This document shows, one piece after another, positions 25,600 to 37,173 of a stretch of DNA of 64,000 bases. A program made the translations under genes and the position numbers. A model generated the notes under the pieces. It was not told the DNA's origin and searched no databases. It worked only from the letters and a program-made list of their open reading frames with translations. Positions within the stretch are counted from its first letter, which is position 1. Every line of letters starts with the position of its first letter. Source of the stretch: Felis catus. Its lineage: Eukaryota. The stretch covers positions 201,316,001 through 201,380,000 of the forward strand of contig NC_058368.1 of the NCBI RefSeq assembly GCF_018350175.1, given 5' to 3'.

Positions 25600-25900
25600 T
25601 ATTTTTTTTCTACTTAACATTGTGTTTTTAGGTTCATCCTTGTTAATAGATATAGCTGTAATTAATTTGTTTTCACTGCTATGAAATATTCCCTTGTGTG
25701 ACTGTATCACACTGTATTCATCCATTTTCAAGTTAATGAAACTTTAGGTTGTTTCTCATTTTTTGCTTTTATTGACAAGGCTGCAAAGACTTTCTGATAT
25801 ATGCCTCCTTGTGCACAAGTTGGTTTTCCCAATGCTTGGGACATGATTTCCTCTATCTATATTAATGGTACCAAATTGATCTCCAGTGTGGTCCCACTGA
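25600..25900 (-). mobile_element. Ancient L1 (L1ME-like) 3' fragment
   Basis: ttaacattgtgtttttaggttcatcc...ttcactgct...tattcatccattttc...taggttgtttc. Confidence 0.65.
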
Positions 25901-26400
25901 CATACTTTTACTCTTGATGTTCAGTAGGGAATAGAGACCAGTGTGTGAGTGTATCGTCCTTTGTGAGTTGCTTCTATAATGAACACTAGTCAAGAAGATA
26001 ACATAGAAGGATGGACTTCAAAGGGCAAGACAAATACTCTATTATGGATAATTGTGTAAGTAATGCAATTAAATATATAACCTAATTGTAAAGACAGTTT
26101 TGAATATCCATGGTGGTAGGCATAAAACACTGGGTAAATATGAGCTAGACTCATCACATTAGCTTTTGAGCAGTTGGTATTATGCTCTTCCTAAAAGTAT
26201 TTCTGCTTTTTGTTTATGGGTCTATGGCTTATTTACTTTTACATTATTTAATATCTTTTTGTATCAATCAGGCCTTTGCCTAATTTCTTCTACTAGGGTC
26301 ATAATTTCAAGACCTTGGAATTATGGAAATTCTTATTGTATGGTCAGAATCAACAACAACTTTTTCAATTTAATAGATATTTATTGAAAACCTATTAAGT

Positions 26401-26628
26401 GGGGCGCCTGGGTGGCGCAGTCGGTTAAGCGTCCGACTTCAGCCAGGTCACGATCTTGCGGTCCGTGAGTTCGAGCCCCGCGTCGGGCTCTGGGCTGATG
26501 GCTCAGAGCCTGGAGCCTGTTTCCGATTCTGTGTCTCCCTCTCTCTCTGCCCCTCCCCCGTTCATGCTCTGTCTCTCTCTGTCCCAAAAATAAATAAACG
26601 TTGAAAAAAAAAAAAAGAAAAAAAAAAA
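26401..26628 (+). mobile_element. Young CanSINE (SINEC_Fc), inserted in an L2 3' end
   Basis: CpG-intact consensus-like body; perfect TSD gaaaacctattaagt at 26386-26400 and 26629-26643; flanks read as antisense L2 tail (atatttattg...ctaggccctg...gtgagcaagacagac). Confidence 0.97.
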
Positions 26629-29091
26629 GAAAACCTATTAAGTGCTACTTGTCTAGGCCCTGAAGATTTGGCAGTGAGCAAGACAGACATGTGCCTTTCA
26701 CATACAGAGCTTATGGTTCAGTGGTGGGGGGAGTGGGGAGGAGGAGGCAGTTAAAAAGAGAACACAACAATTTCAAACAGTGTGAAGTATGTGAAGGAAA
26801 TTAAAACAGTGATTTCGGAGTCTGGAGCTCATTGGCAACATATTTATTATGAACACTTTCCCTGTACCAATGACATGACACCATTTCTAACCAGTTTTGT
26901 GCAGTGTACAAGGTACTAGAGAATAGAGGCTTTCGCTTTTGAACTTGACTTGAGATGACCTAACAATATTATTCATATGAGGGCTTTTGATATTATCATC
27001 TGATCTGATCATATCAGGATAATTGTTATCCCAGTAATTTTATATTTATTATGTGATAGATAAACAATGTAGATATTTCAAGGAAGAAATGTATAATTCC
27101 AGCAGAAGAGATCACACACCACACATGAAAAATAACCAGAACATAAGGTAGTGATCGGTGGCTATCTAATGGGTAGTGCATATCCTGATAACTAAAGGCA
27201 TTCAGGAAAACCCTTTGGGGTTGTCCCTAAAGAATTCCACAAAGTGTGATTTAGGCTTGACAATTGATTGCAGTTTGACATTGAGATTGTCAACTTGGAT
27301 CTGTGTGGCATTATAATTCTGTATGAAATCAATTCATTTATTCTAACAGCTTTTCTCTTCTTGCCCCAGATTCCGTTCTGAATTAATTGGACTTCCATCT
27401 GGCATCTGCTTATTAGGCCTGATCTCGTGCCTGGAATGAATGGCCTTCCATTGTTCTTTCTGGCCTCTCCCTACCTTCTGGTTTCTTTACTGCTATTACA
27501 GGTGGGTGGGTCTGGCATTCTTCTGTTCCCCAAATCACCTGCACACTGCCCAGTTTGTCCTAAAATGGCCTTTGCCTTCTTCCTTTTACTTGCCATAGTG
27601 ACAATCAATGTGTAGAAAAGGAAAACAAAATCATAGTGATTTTCTCTGGCTCAGAAAAAAAAAATCTGTTGGCAGCAATCTTCTTTCAGAGTTCCATTCT
27701 CAACAGCTACCTTAACAAGTTTCCTTCAATTTCATTTTGTTTTGGTTTAAAGCAGAAGCGAAATAAAAGGACCAACAAGTTTTATTGCCCTGACAATTCA
27801 GAAGCACACTTTATGAGTGAGAAGGTGAGTTTGGAAGTCAATCTAAGGAAAAATGAAAAGATAGGGAGGGATATGTTAGAGATTCCACATAAAGGAAAAA
27901 GGATGAAGGAGATTGTGAGCAGAATAGAAGATACAGACTTCTCAATAATAGCAACTTAGAAATATAGGGCCTGATGCAGTAGCATCCAAGATTTTTCTAA
28001 AAGAACTGTGAAGACCTTTCAGCATAAGACTGCCTCAGGAACTCACTTTTCAAGAAAAAAAAAACACAATAACACAGGTTCTCATTTATTTACTCAATAT
28101 ATTTATGAAATCTGGGCAATACAACCATCATTGCAAAACTGATGATACAAAGAGCTGAATTTCTGCTGTTGAACAGTCTGTGGTCCAGAGCAGGGACAGA
28201 TGTTCAGACAAACCATGATGGTAGACTGTGATCACTAGCGGAGGCACTTCTGAGGTGGGTGAGGGAACGTGGAAGCAGGATCTATTTAAGTTTTCTCTGG
28301 GTAATTAACGTCTTCCCTCTAGGGTGGCTTTAGAAACTTTTGCCATGTTTTCAATTTTACAGTATAATTTAAATTTCAAAGTTAGGTTCATTGATCCTCA
28401 CTCAAACTTTAAAAAAATTTTTTTTGCCACAAAATGTGATCCGTTTGCTTTTCCTTTCCTTCACCCTTCTTAATTCTTCTGTTCCTTTTCACAGCTGCTT
28501 TCCACCTTATTCTGATTTGTCTCCTTAGACCTCTCACTCCTTTCTCCTGGCTTTATGTTCTAGGAGACAGAGACAGAGTGTCAACCGTGTTTTCTATTTC
28601 ACTGTTCTTCTCTACCCAACTATAGTGCCTAGTGCGGGGTTGACAAAATGCCGGAAGTTTCTAAAGCCACCCCAGAGAGAAGGTGTTATTGCAATGCTAT
28701 CTTCTTATGGATTTCAGAAAGAAATCAAGGGAACTGATTAAACAGAGAATGTGTTTGTACTGTGGGATCACCTCCCTGAGAATCAGTGGGAAGTAAATTA
28801 CAGGAAGGAATCCTGCAGGGAAAGTTGTTCTTGATTAGACATCACTCTCACTGACCGCTCAAAGGAAAGCCCAGTGCTCAGCAGTGGTACATTTTGACAC
28901 AAAGCACAGGAACCATGTGAACTATTGCTGAAGGAAAAATAACCTGTTAAAGGAACTGGATTGGGATTCTATTTTAGCAAGGACAGGAAGCCTAATGATT
29001 AATTTACAGGTTGATATTTTTGAAGGGAAATACAAACTCATCAAGTGGGAAAATACTGCTTTCTAAGCAGGAGCCCCCTGTGGGTGTAGTG

Positions 29092-29152
29092 ATATATATA
29101 TGTATATGTGTATGTATATGCATATGTATATGTATATGTATATATGTATATA
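29092..29152. repeat. (TGTATA)n/(TA)n microsatellite
   Basis: Directly visible. Confidence 0.9.
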
Positions 29153-29919
29153 TTATAAATAATCATTTACTTTTAATTGTTCTCAGTATAATATTCTTAT
29201 ATAAATAAGTACTGCTATAAGAAATGTACAAAATAAAATGTTAAATTTCCACTCTATTCTTCCCCTCCAAGGTAATTTTCATTAACTGGTATGTATCATT
29301 CCTGTTTTTCATTTCTCCATATATGCATGTATAATGAACTTTAAAAATATGTAGGGATGAGATTATAATAAATTTATATTGCTCTGCTATTTTTTTTCAC
29401 TTAACGTCCTTTGTTTAGATCACCAAGCTAGAGATAGAAATTTAACTATACTAGACAATGTACGAAGATTTGTACTGAATAAATTCAAATTCAAAGCAGA
29501 GTTACCTGGGTTAAATTCTCTGTTCTGTTGGGCCTGTTTTCAAAGAGGCAATTGAGCCTCAAATGGGAAACTCATTTGATGTTTGATATTTGAAATAACT
29601 TAAAACATGAACAGAGAACGGTTAATCATGGAACCTGATACAGAATAAGCACTTAATAAATTCTTGCTCAATTGAATTCTGTTAATTTCCCTTACTCTGC
29701 TGTTATAAGTAAATAGTAGAATTCTCTTAATCTATCTCTATATTGTAAGATATCTTCCAAGCACTTAGTCTATCTTATTTTATCAATTAGTCTATAAATA
29801 TTCATTGATTGTTTACTGTAGTCAGTCAACAAAACTCACCCACTATGAGGAGTCTTTTCTATATCAGAATTTTTGAAGGTGGGAAGTCATTCTCAAATCA
29901 ATAATAAGATCAATAATAA

Positions 29920-30140
29920 TAAACTGTTACATGTAGAGAGTACTTTGCTGTTTTCAAGACACTTTCACATGCCTCATCCCATTTAACACTCACAACAGCT
30001 TTGGGAGTCTGGTATCATTCTCATCTTATATAAAAAGAAAGAGAGGCTCTGATAGTAATTGACCATCCCAAGCCAATGAACACAGAAAAGTGAAAAAACT
30101 GAGACTCAAACTTCTTTACCTCAAATTCAGGGCTCCTCTG
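29920..30140 (-). mobile_element. MIR SINE
   Basis: actttcacatgcctcatcccatttaacactcacaacagct...gaaagagaggctctga. Confidence 0.7.
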
Positions 30141-30321
30141 GTATATTTCTTCTTGTACAAAAGTTACTACCCTGTGGGACAAGCTCATTAAAAAAAAAAT
30201 CAATTGACATCTGAAGAGCTGTTTATATAAAGTGGGAAAGATGGTCACTGTTGGCATCAAAAATAACAATTTAGTACATTATGAGGATACATGTACATCC
30301 AACCAGCAGTATATCAAACCC

Positions 30322-30494
30322 CCTGGTTATCAACATATGTTCTTTTGACCAGGAGTATCAGCATCCCCTGGAAACTTGCTAGAAAAGCAAGGCCCCTTAG
30401 ACAGATTGAATCAGGATCTGTTTGGGCTCTAGAAATCTGGTTTTAATAAACCCTCTGGGCTATTCTAATGCACATTAAAACTTGAGAACCATAG
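30322..30494 (+). mobile_element. MER5A-like hAT-Charlie MITE
   Basis: cagcatcccctggaaacttgctagaaa...gaatcag...ttttaataaaccctc...attctaatgcacattaaaacttgagaacca. Confidence 0.8.
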
Positions 30495-30952
30495 TTCTAT
30501 CCAGTGAATTGAAGGAAGATAAATAAATTGCTATTCAAATATAAGCAACAACCTGCTTGAACCTTCCTGCTGAAATATATTCCTATTGAGGTCCAAAGAT
30601 ATACCTTCTACAGAGATCAAAGGACACCTTTCCCCCTTGAAATACAAGCAGCTGCTCTCTGGTATAGGTCAGAGCTTATTGCTTCCAGGTATAGTAGTAG
30701 GATTTCATTTCCCTTAATGTATTTGTATTCTTGATATTGTGAAAACTTTTTTGAAGCTTCCTTAGTATATTTCTCTATTAATTCCCATTTCCCACATGAG
30801 GGTATGAGATACTTTTGTGCCTTTTACTGATTTATTTAACAATGCAAGCTTAAAACAAAAGAGGAAAACAAGAACAATAAAAATAAAATTCCGCAAATCT
30901 GGAATACACATTGGATGAAAACAATGGCAAGCAAGATGGTTACTTTTTGAAG

Positions 30953-31324
30953 TGTTATGGACTGAATGTTTGTGTTTCCACCAAATTCATATGTTGTGAT
31001 GCTACCCAATAAGGTGATGGTATTAGGAAGTGGGAACTGTGGAAGGTAATTAGGATTAGATGAGGTCATGAGGATGGGGTCTTCACGAATGAGATTAGTG
31101 CCCAGGAGAAAGCCTGCCTCCCCTCTGCTCTCTGCCATGTTCAGATACAAGAAGTTGACGGTCTGCAACCTGGAACAGGGTCCTCACCAGAACTTGACCA
31201 GACTGGCTGGCACTCTGATCTCAGAGGATTTCCAGCCACTGGAACTGTGAGAAATAAATTTTTGTTGCTTAAAAGTCACCTAGTCTATGGTAATTTGTTA
31301 CAGCAACCCAAAGTGACCGAGACA
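30953..31324 (+). mobile_element. MLT1A-like MaLR solo LTR, full length
   Basis: TGTTATGGACTGAATGTTTGTG start, ...gaactgtgagaaataaattt...gtctatggtaatttgttacagcaa...GAGACA end (TG..CA). Confidence 0.88.
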
Positions 31325-32696
31325 ACAACTAACTCATAAACACATACTTAAAGTGAGTGGAGAGGAGCATAAAATATAAGAGGGTCAGGTCAGACTTAGG
31401 CTACTGTTTAAAACTTTTTAAAGTGTCCTCACATCATGTTATGATTTGAGCTATTCTTTAACGTGATTTACTGCAACAGAGACCTGAGATTTTATTCACA
31501 CCATTCTTGTGTTGCTTAGCATCTGCTTCAGGGAATTTTGGGATTCTCTTAGATACTCAATCATCACCCTAATGTGGAAATAATACAGGGGAAAGAGTCC
31601 ATTGATAATTGTTTCTATTAAGTTAGAAGAATTTCAGCTTACTGTATGAAAAGATTTGTCACCCAAAGAAAATATTGTTGAGTGAACTAAAGAACAAATC
31701 TACAGAAGCAGGGTTTTGAGTGCCATGCATATTCTTTTCCTATGGAAATGAACTGCCAAATGTGTGTGGCCTATAACAACTGTTAATAAAAAAATTACTT
31801 AACTGTATTTTTTTAAAGCATTTTTAGGTTCACAGTAAAACTGAGGAGAAAGTACAGAGAGTTTCCTCATACTTCTTGGTCCCACACATGCACAAACTGC
31901 CTGATAATCCATATCCTGCACCACAGTGGTACACTTATTACAATTGATGTACCCATATTGACACATCATAATCACCCAGAGTTCATAGTTTACATTAGGG
32001 TTCACTCTTGGTACATTCTAGGAGTTTGGACAAATGTATGCAACACTCATCCATCATTGTAGTATCATACAGAATAGTTTTACAGTCCCCCAAATCCTCT
32101 GTGCTCTGTTTATTCATCCCCCCTCCCCCCCACCAAACCCTGGCAACCACTGAACTTTTTACCCTCTCTGAAGTTTTATCTTTATCAGAATGTCGCATAG
32201 TTGGAATCATATACTAGGTACCATTTTACACTGGCTTCTGTCACTTAGTAATAGGCATGTATGTTTCCTTCACATCTTTTCTTGGCTTGATGGCTCATTT
32301 CATTTTACCACTGGTAACATCCCATTGTCCGGATGGGCCAGTTTCTTTACCCATTCACCCACCAAAGTGCACTTCAGTGTCATCTTGGCTACTTCCAAGT
32401 TTTGACAATTATGAAGAAAGCTGCTATAAATGCCGGGTGCAGATTTGTGTGGACCTAAGTCTTTAATTCATTCCTATTGTTCCACAGCCACACCAGCATC
32501 TGTTGTAATAAGTGCACAGTGATATCTCACTTTAAAAAAAAATTGCAATCCCTGATGACATAGGATGTTGAACATCTTTGCGAATGCTAAATTGCCATCT
32601 GAATATTTCTTTGGATGAGTATCTGTTCAGGTGCTTTCTATTTCTTAATTGGGTTGTTGATTACCTTATTGTTGAGTTCTTAAGAGTTCTTTTTAT

Positions 32697-34104
32697 TTAT
32701 TTGTTTATTTTATTATTTTTTTTATATATGAAATTTATTGACAAATTGGTTTCCATACAACACCCAGTGCTCATCCCAAAAGGTGCCCTCTCAATACCCA
32801 TCACCCACCCTCTCCTCCCTCCCACCCCCCCATCAACCCTCAGTTTGTTCTCAGTTTTTGACAGTCTCTTATGCTTTGGCTCTCTCCCACTCTAACCTCT
32901 TTTTTTTTTCCTTCCCCTCCCCCATGGGTTCCTGTTAAGTTTCTCAGGATCCACATAAGAGTGAAACCGTATGGTATCTGTCTTTCTCTGTATGGCTTAT
33001 TTCACTTAGCATCACACTCTCCAGTTCCATCCACATTGCTACAAAAGGCCATATTTCATTTTTTCTCATTGCCACGTAGTATTCCATTGTGTATATAAAC
33101 CACAATTTCTTTATCCATTCATCAGTTGATGGACATTTCGGCTCTTTCCATAATTTGGCTATTGTTGAGAGTGCTGCTATGAACATTGGGGTACAAGTGG
33201 CCCTATGCATCAGTACTCCTGTATCCCTTGGATAAATTCCTAGCAGTGCTACTGCTGGGTCATAGGGTAGGTCTATTTTTAATTTTCCGAGGAACCTCCA
33301 CACTGCTTTCCAGAGCGGCTGCACCAATTTGCATTCCCACTAACAGTGCAAGAGGGTTCCCGTTTCTCCACATCCTCTCCAGCATCTATAGTCTCCTGAT
33401 TTGTTCATTTTGGCCACTCTGACTGGCGTGAGGTGATATCTGAGTGTGGTTTTGATTTGTATTTCCCTGATAAGGAGCGACGTTGAACATCTTTTCATGT
33501 GCCTGTTGGCCATCCGGATGTCTTCTTTAGAGAAGTGTCTATTCATATTTTCTGCCCATTTCTTCACTGGGTTATTTGTTTTTCGGGTGTGGAGTTTGGT
33601 GAGCTCTTTATAGATTTTGGATACTAGCCCTTTGTCCGATATGTCATTTGCGAATATCTTTTCCCATTCCGTTGGTTGCCTTTTAGTTTTGTTGGTTGTT
33701 TCCTTTGCTGTGCAGAAGCTTTTTATCTTCATAAGGTCCCAGTAATTCACTTTTGCTTTTAATTCCCTTGCCTTTGGGGATGTGTCGAGTAAGAGATTGC
33801 TCTGGCTGAGGTCAGAGAGGTCTTTTCCTGCTTTCTCCTCTAAGGTTTTGATGGTTTCCTGTCTCACATTTAGGTCCTTTATCCATTTTGAGTTTATTTT
33901 TGTGAATGGTGTGAGAAAGTGGTCTAGTTTCAACCTTCTGCATGTTGCTGTCCAGCTCTCCCAGCACCATTTGTTAAAGAGGCTGTCTTTTTTCCATTGG
34001 ATGTTCTTTCCTGCTTTGTCAAAGATGAGTTGGCCATACGTTTGTGGATCTAGTTCTGGGGTTTCTATTCTATTCCATTGGTCTATGTGTCTGTTTTTGT
34101 GCCA
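32697..34104 (-). mobile_element. Young 5'-truncated felid L1 nested in the old L1
   Basis: ORF2 C-terminus ([23 protein letters not shown]...EKDRYHTVSLLCGS) in one frame with a single stop at 33340-33342; TSD aagagttctttttat at 32682-32696 and 34105-34119. Confidence 0.96.
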
Positions 34105-35255
34105 AAGAGTTCTTTTTATATTTTAGGTAACAGTGTTACATCAGGTGTGTCTTTTGTGTATACTTTCTCCCAGTTTGTGACTTGTCTTCTTATTCTCATG
34201 CCGTTACCTTTCACAGAGAACAGGTTTTTAATTTTAATAAAGTCCAGCTTATCAGTGGTTTTTTTCCCCATAGTTGATGCCTTTGTGTTGTATCTGAGAT
34301 GTTATCATGATACCAGAATTCCTTCAGCTCTTCTCTTATAGTATCTTCTAGGCGTTTTATAGTTTTGCATTTTACATTTAGGTTTATGATACATTTTGAG
34401 TTAATTTTTATAAAGGATGTAAGATCTGTGTTTAGGTTCAATTTTTCCACATAGATGTCTAATTGTTCTTGCACCATCTGTTGAAAAGACTATTTTTGCT
34501 CTGTTGTGTTGTCTTTACCCCTTTGTCAAAGATCAGCTGACTATTTTTTATGGGTCTATTTCTGGTCTCTCTATTCTTTGCTATTGGTCTACTCAACTAT
34601 TCTTTCACCAATACCACACTGTTTTCATTACTGTAGCTTGATGGTCAGTCTTGAGCAAGTTATTTATTTTGAAGATGGGTAGTGCAGTCTTGCAACATTG
34701 TTCTTCTCTTTCCATATTGAGTTGGCTATTCTGGGTCTTTTACCTTTCCATAGAATACATTTGTTGAGATCCACAAATTAACTTGCTAGGAACTTACTAA
34801 GATTGCATTGAATATAAAAATTAGGTTGGGAAGTACTGACAGCTTGACAATGTTGACTCTTCCTATCCACAAAGGCTACTGAGCCAGTATTCCATACCTG
34901 GGGTACGTCCCTCTTGGTAGTGGTGTATAATTCTTTTTATATGTTGCTGGATTTGATTTGTTAACATACTGTTAAAGACTTTTGCATCTATGTTTGTGGG
35001 AGATGTTGTTCTGTCAAGGTTTTTTTTTCCTTCTAATGTCTTTATCTGGTTTTGGTGTTAGGATAATGTTACCCTCAAAGAATAAGTTAGAAAATATTCT
35101 CTCTGCTTCTATTTTCTGGAAAAGTTTGCAGAGAATTGGTATAATTTCTTCCTGAAATGTGCAGTAAATTAAAGAGTAAACCCAGGTGGGGTTCTGGTTT
35201 TGAAGGTTATTAATTATCACTTCAATGTATATAAAAGACATAATTCTATTCTGAT

Positions 35256-35262
35256 TGTGTGT

Positions 35263-35300
<38 letters not shown>
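35256..35300. repeat. (TG)n microsatellite
   Basis: Directly visible. Confidence 0.93.
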
Positions 35301-35302
<2 letters not shown>

Positions 35303-35848
35303 GCAGATTGTATCTTTTATGGATTTGGTCAGTTTAATCTAGACATGTGTGGGGACAGAGTTGTTCATAATATTCCTCTATTATTCTTTTGATGTCCATG
35401 AGATCTGTAGGGATGACCCCTCTTTCATTTCTGATATTAATGATTTATAGCTTCTTTTTTTCTTAGTTACCCTGCTAAAGGCCTATCAATTTTACTGTGA
35501 TTTCAAAGAACCCATGTTTAGTTTTGTTTATTTATTTTATTCATGCCCTGTTTTCAATTTCATTGGTTTCTCTTCTAATTTTTATTCTTTCTTTTCTTCT
35601 ATTTACTTTGGACTTCTTGCTCTTTCTTTTCTAGTTTCTTAAGGAATAAGCTTTGATTATTGATTTTAAATCTTCTTTCATTTCTAATATATACATTCAA
35701 TGCTACAAATTTCCCTCTCATACTGTTCCTCTGAATGCCACAGATTTTGAAAAGTTGTATATTTTCATTTTCATTAGTTCAAAATATTTAAAAAATTTTC
35801 CTGAGATTTCTTCTCTGACCTATGTATTAGTTCAGAAGTAAGTGTTGT

Positions 35849-36364
35849 CAAACAACAAAAATTCTAAAAGATATATGCACCCCTATATGTATTGCAGCAT
35901 TACTTATAATAGCCAAGACATGGAAACAACTTAAGTGCCCATCTGTAGATGAATAGATTTAAAAAAAAAAAGATGTGATATATATACACACTGGAATATT
36001 ACTTAGCCATAAAAAAGAATGAAATCTTGCCATTTGCCACAACATGAATGGACCTACAGGGTATAGTGCTAAGTGAAATAAGTCAGAGAAAAACAAATAC
36101 CATATAATTTAACTCATATATGTAATTTAAGAAACAAACTTAACAAAGAAAAAAAAGACAATAAAACCCAGACTCTTAGCTATAGAGAACTGGTGGTTGC
36201 CAGAGGGGAGGTGGGTGAGGGAGATGGTTGAAATAAATCAAGATTAACAGTACACTTATCTTGATGAGCACTGAGAAATGCACAGAATTGCTGAATTATT
36301 GTTATATTGTACACTTGAAACTAATGTAACACTGTACATTATTTATACTTGAATCTAAAAAAAA
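35849..36364 (+). mobile_element. Carnivore L1 3' end nested in opposite orientation within the old L1
   Basis: aaagatatatgcaccccta...aagaatgaaatcttgccatttg..., A tail; degenerate TSD agaagtaagtgttgt / aggatgtgtgttgt. Confidence 0.88.
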
Positions 36365-36969
36365 GGATGTGTGTTGTTAATCTCTAAGTATTTCTAGTTT
36401 ACTTCCACTGTGATCTAAGAGAACACATTGTATGGTTTCTACTTTTTTAAATGTCTTAAGGTGTGTTTTATGGCCCAGAATGTAGTCTATCTGGAAAAAT
36501 ATGCCATGTGAGCTTGAGAGGAGCTCTGCTGTTGTTGGGATGAAGTATTTCATAGGTGCCAATTACATCCAGTTGATCTATGGTTCTCTTCAGCTCATTT
36601 ATGTCCTTACTGATTTTCTGTCTTCTGGATCTGTCCATTTCTGATAGCAGGATGTTAAAGTCTCCAACAATTGTAGTGAATCCATGTATTCTTCCTCACA
36701 GTTCTATCAGTTTTCACTTCACATATTTTGATACTCTGCTGTTAGGTGTATGTACATTATGGATTGTTATATCTTTTTTGGAATATTGACTCCTTTATCA
36801 CTATGTGAAGTTTCTCTTTATCCCTGATAACTTTTCCTTGCTCTGAAGTCTTTCTGTCTGAAATCAATGTATCTACTCTGCTTGTTTTGATTAGCGCTAG
36901 CATGGTATATCTTTCTTCATTCCTTTTCTTTTACTTTCTATACGCATTTGTATTTAAAGTGAGTTTCTT

Positions 36970-37138
36970 GGGTGCCTGGGTGGCTCAGTTCGTTAAGCAT
37001 CCAACTGGATTTCAGCTCAGGTCATGATCTCATGATTTGTGGGTTCAGACCCTACATCTGGCTCTGCACTGGCAGCATGCAACCTGCTCAAGATTCTCCC
37101 TCTCTCTCACCCCCTCCTCTGCTTATGCTCTTTTTCTC

Positions 37139-37173
<35 letters not shown>
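36970..37173 (+). mobile_element. CanSINE with (TAAA)n tail nested in the old L1
   Basis: Head gggtgcctgggtggctcag; TSD tgagtttcttg on both sides. Confidence 0.92.

Noticed and set aside
26381..26587. Repeated ORF MGQRETEHERGRGRERGRHRIGNRLQA... (also 45151-45348 and 61636-62001), which looks like a small gene family
   Set aside because: Antisense translation of young CanSINEs; not genes
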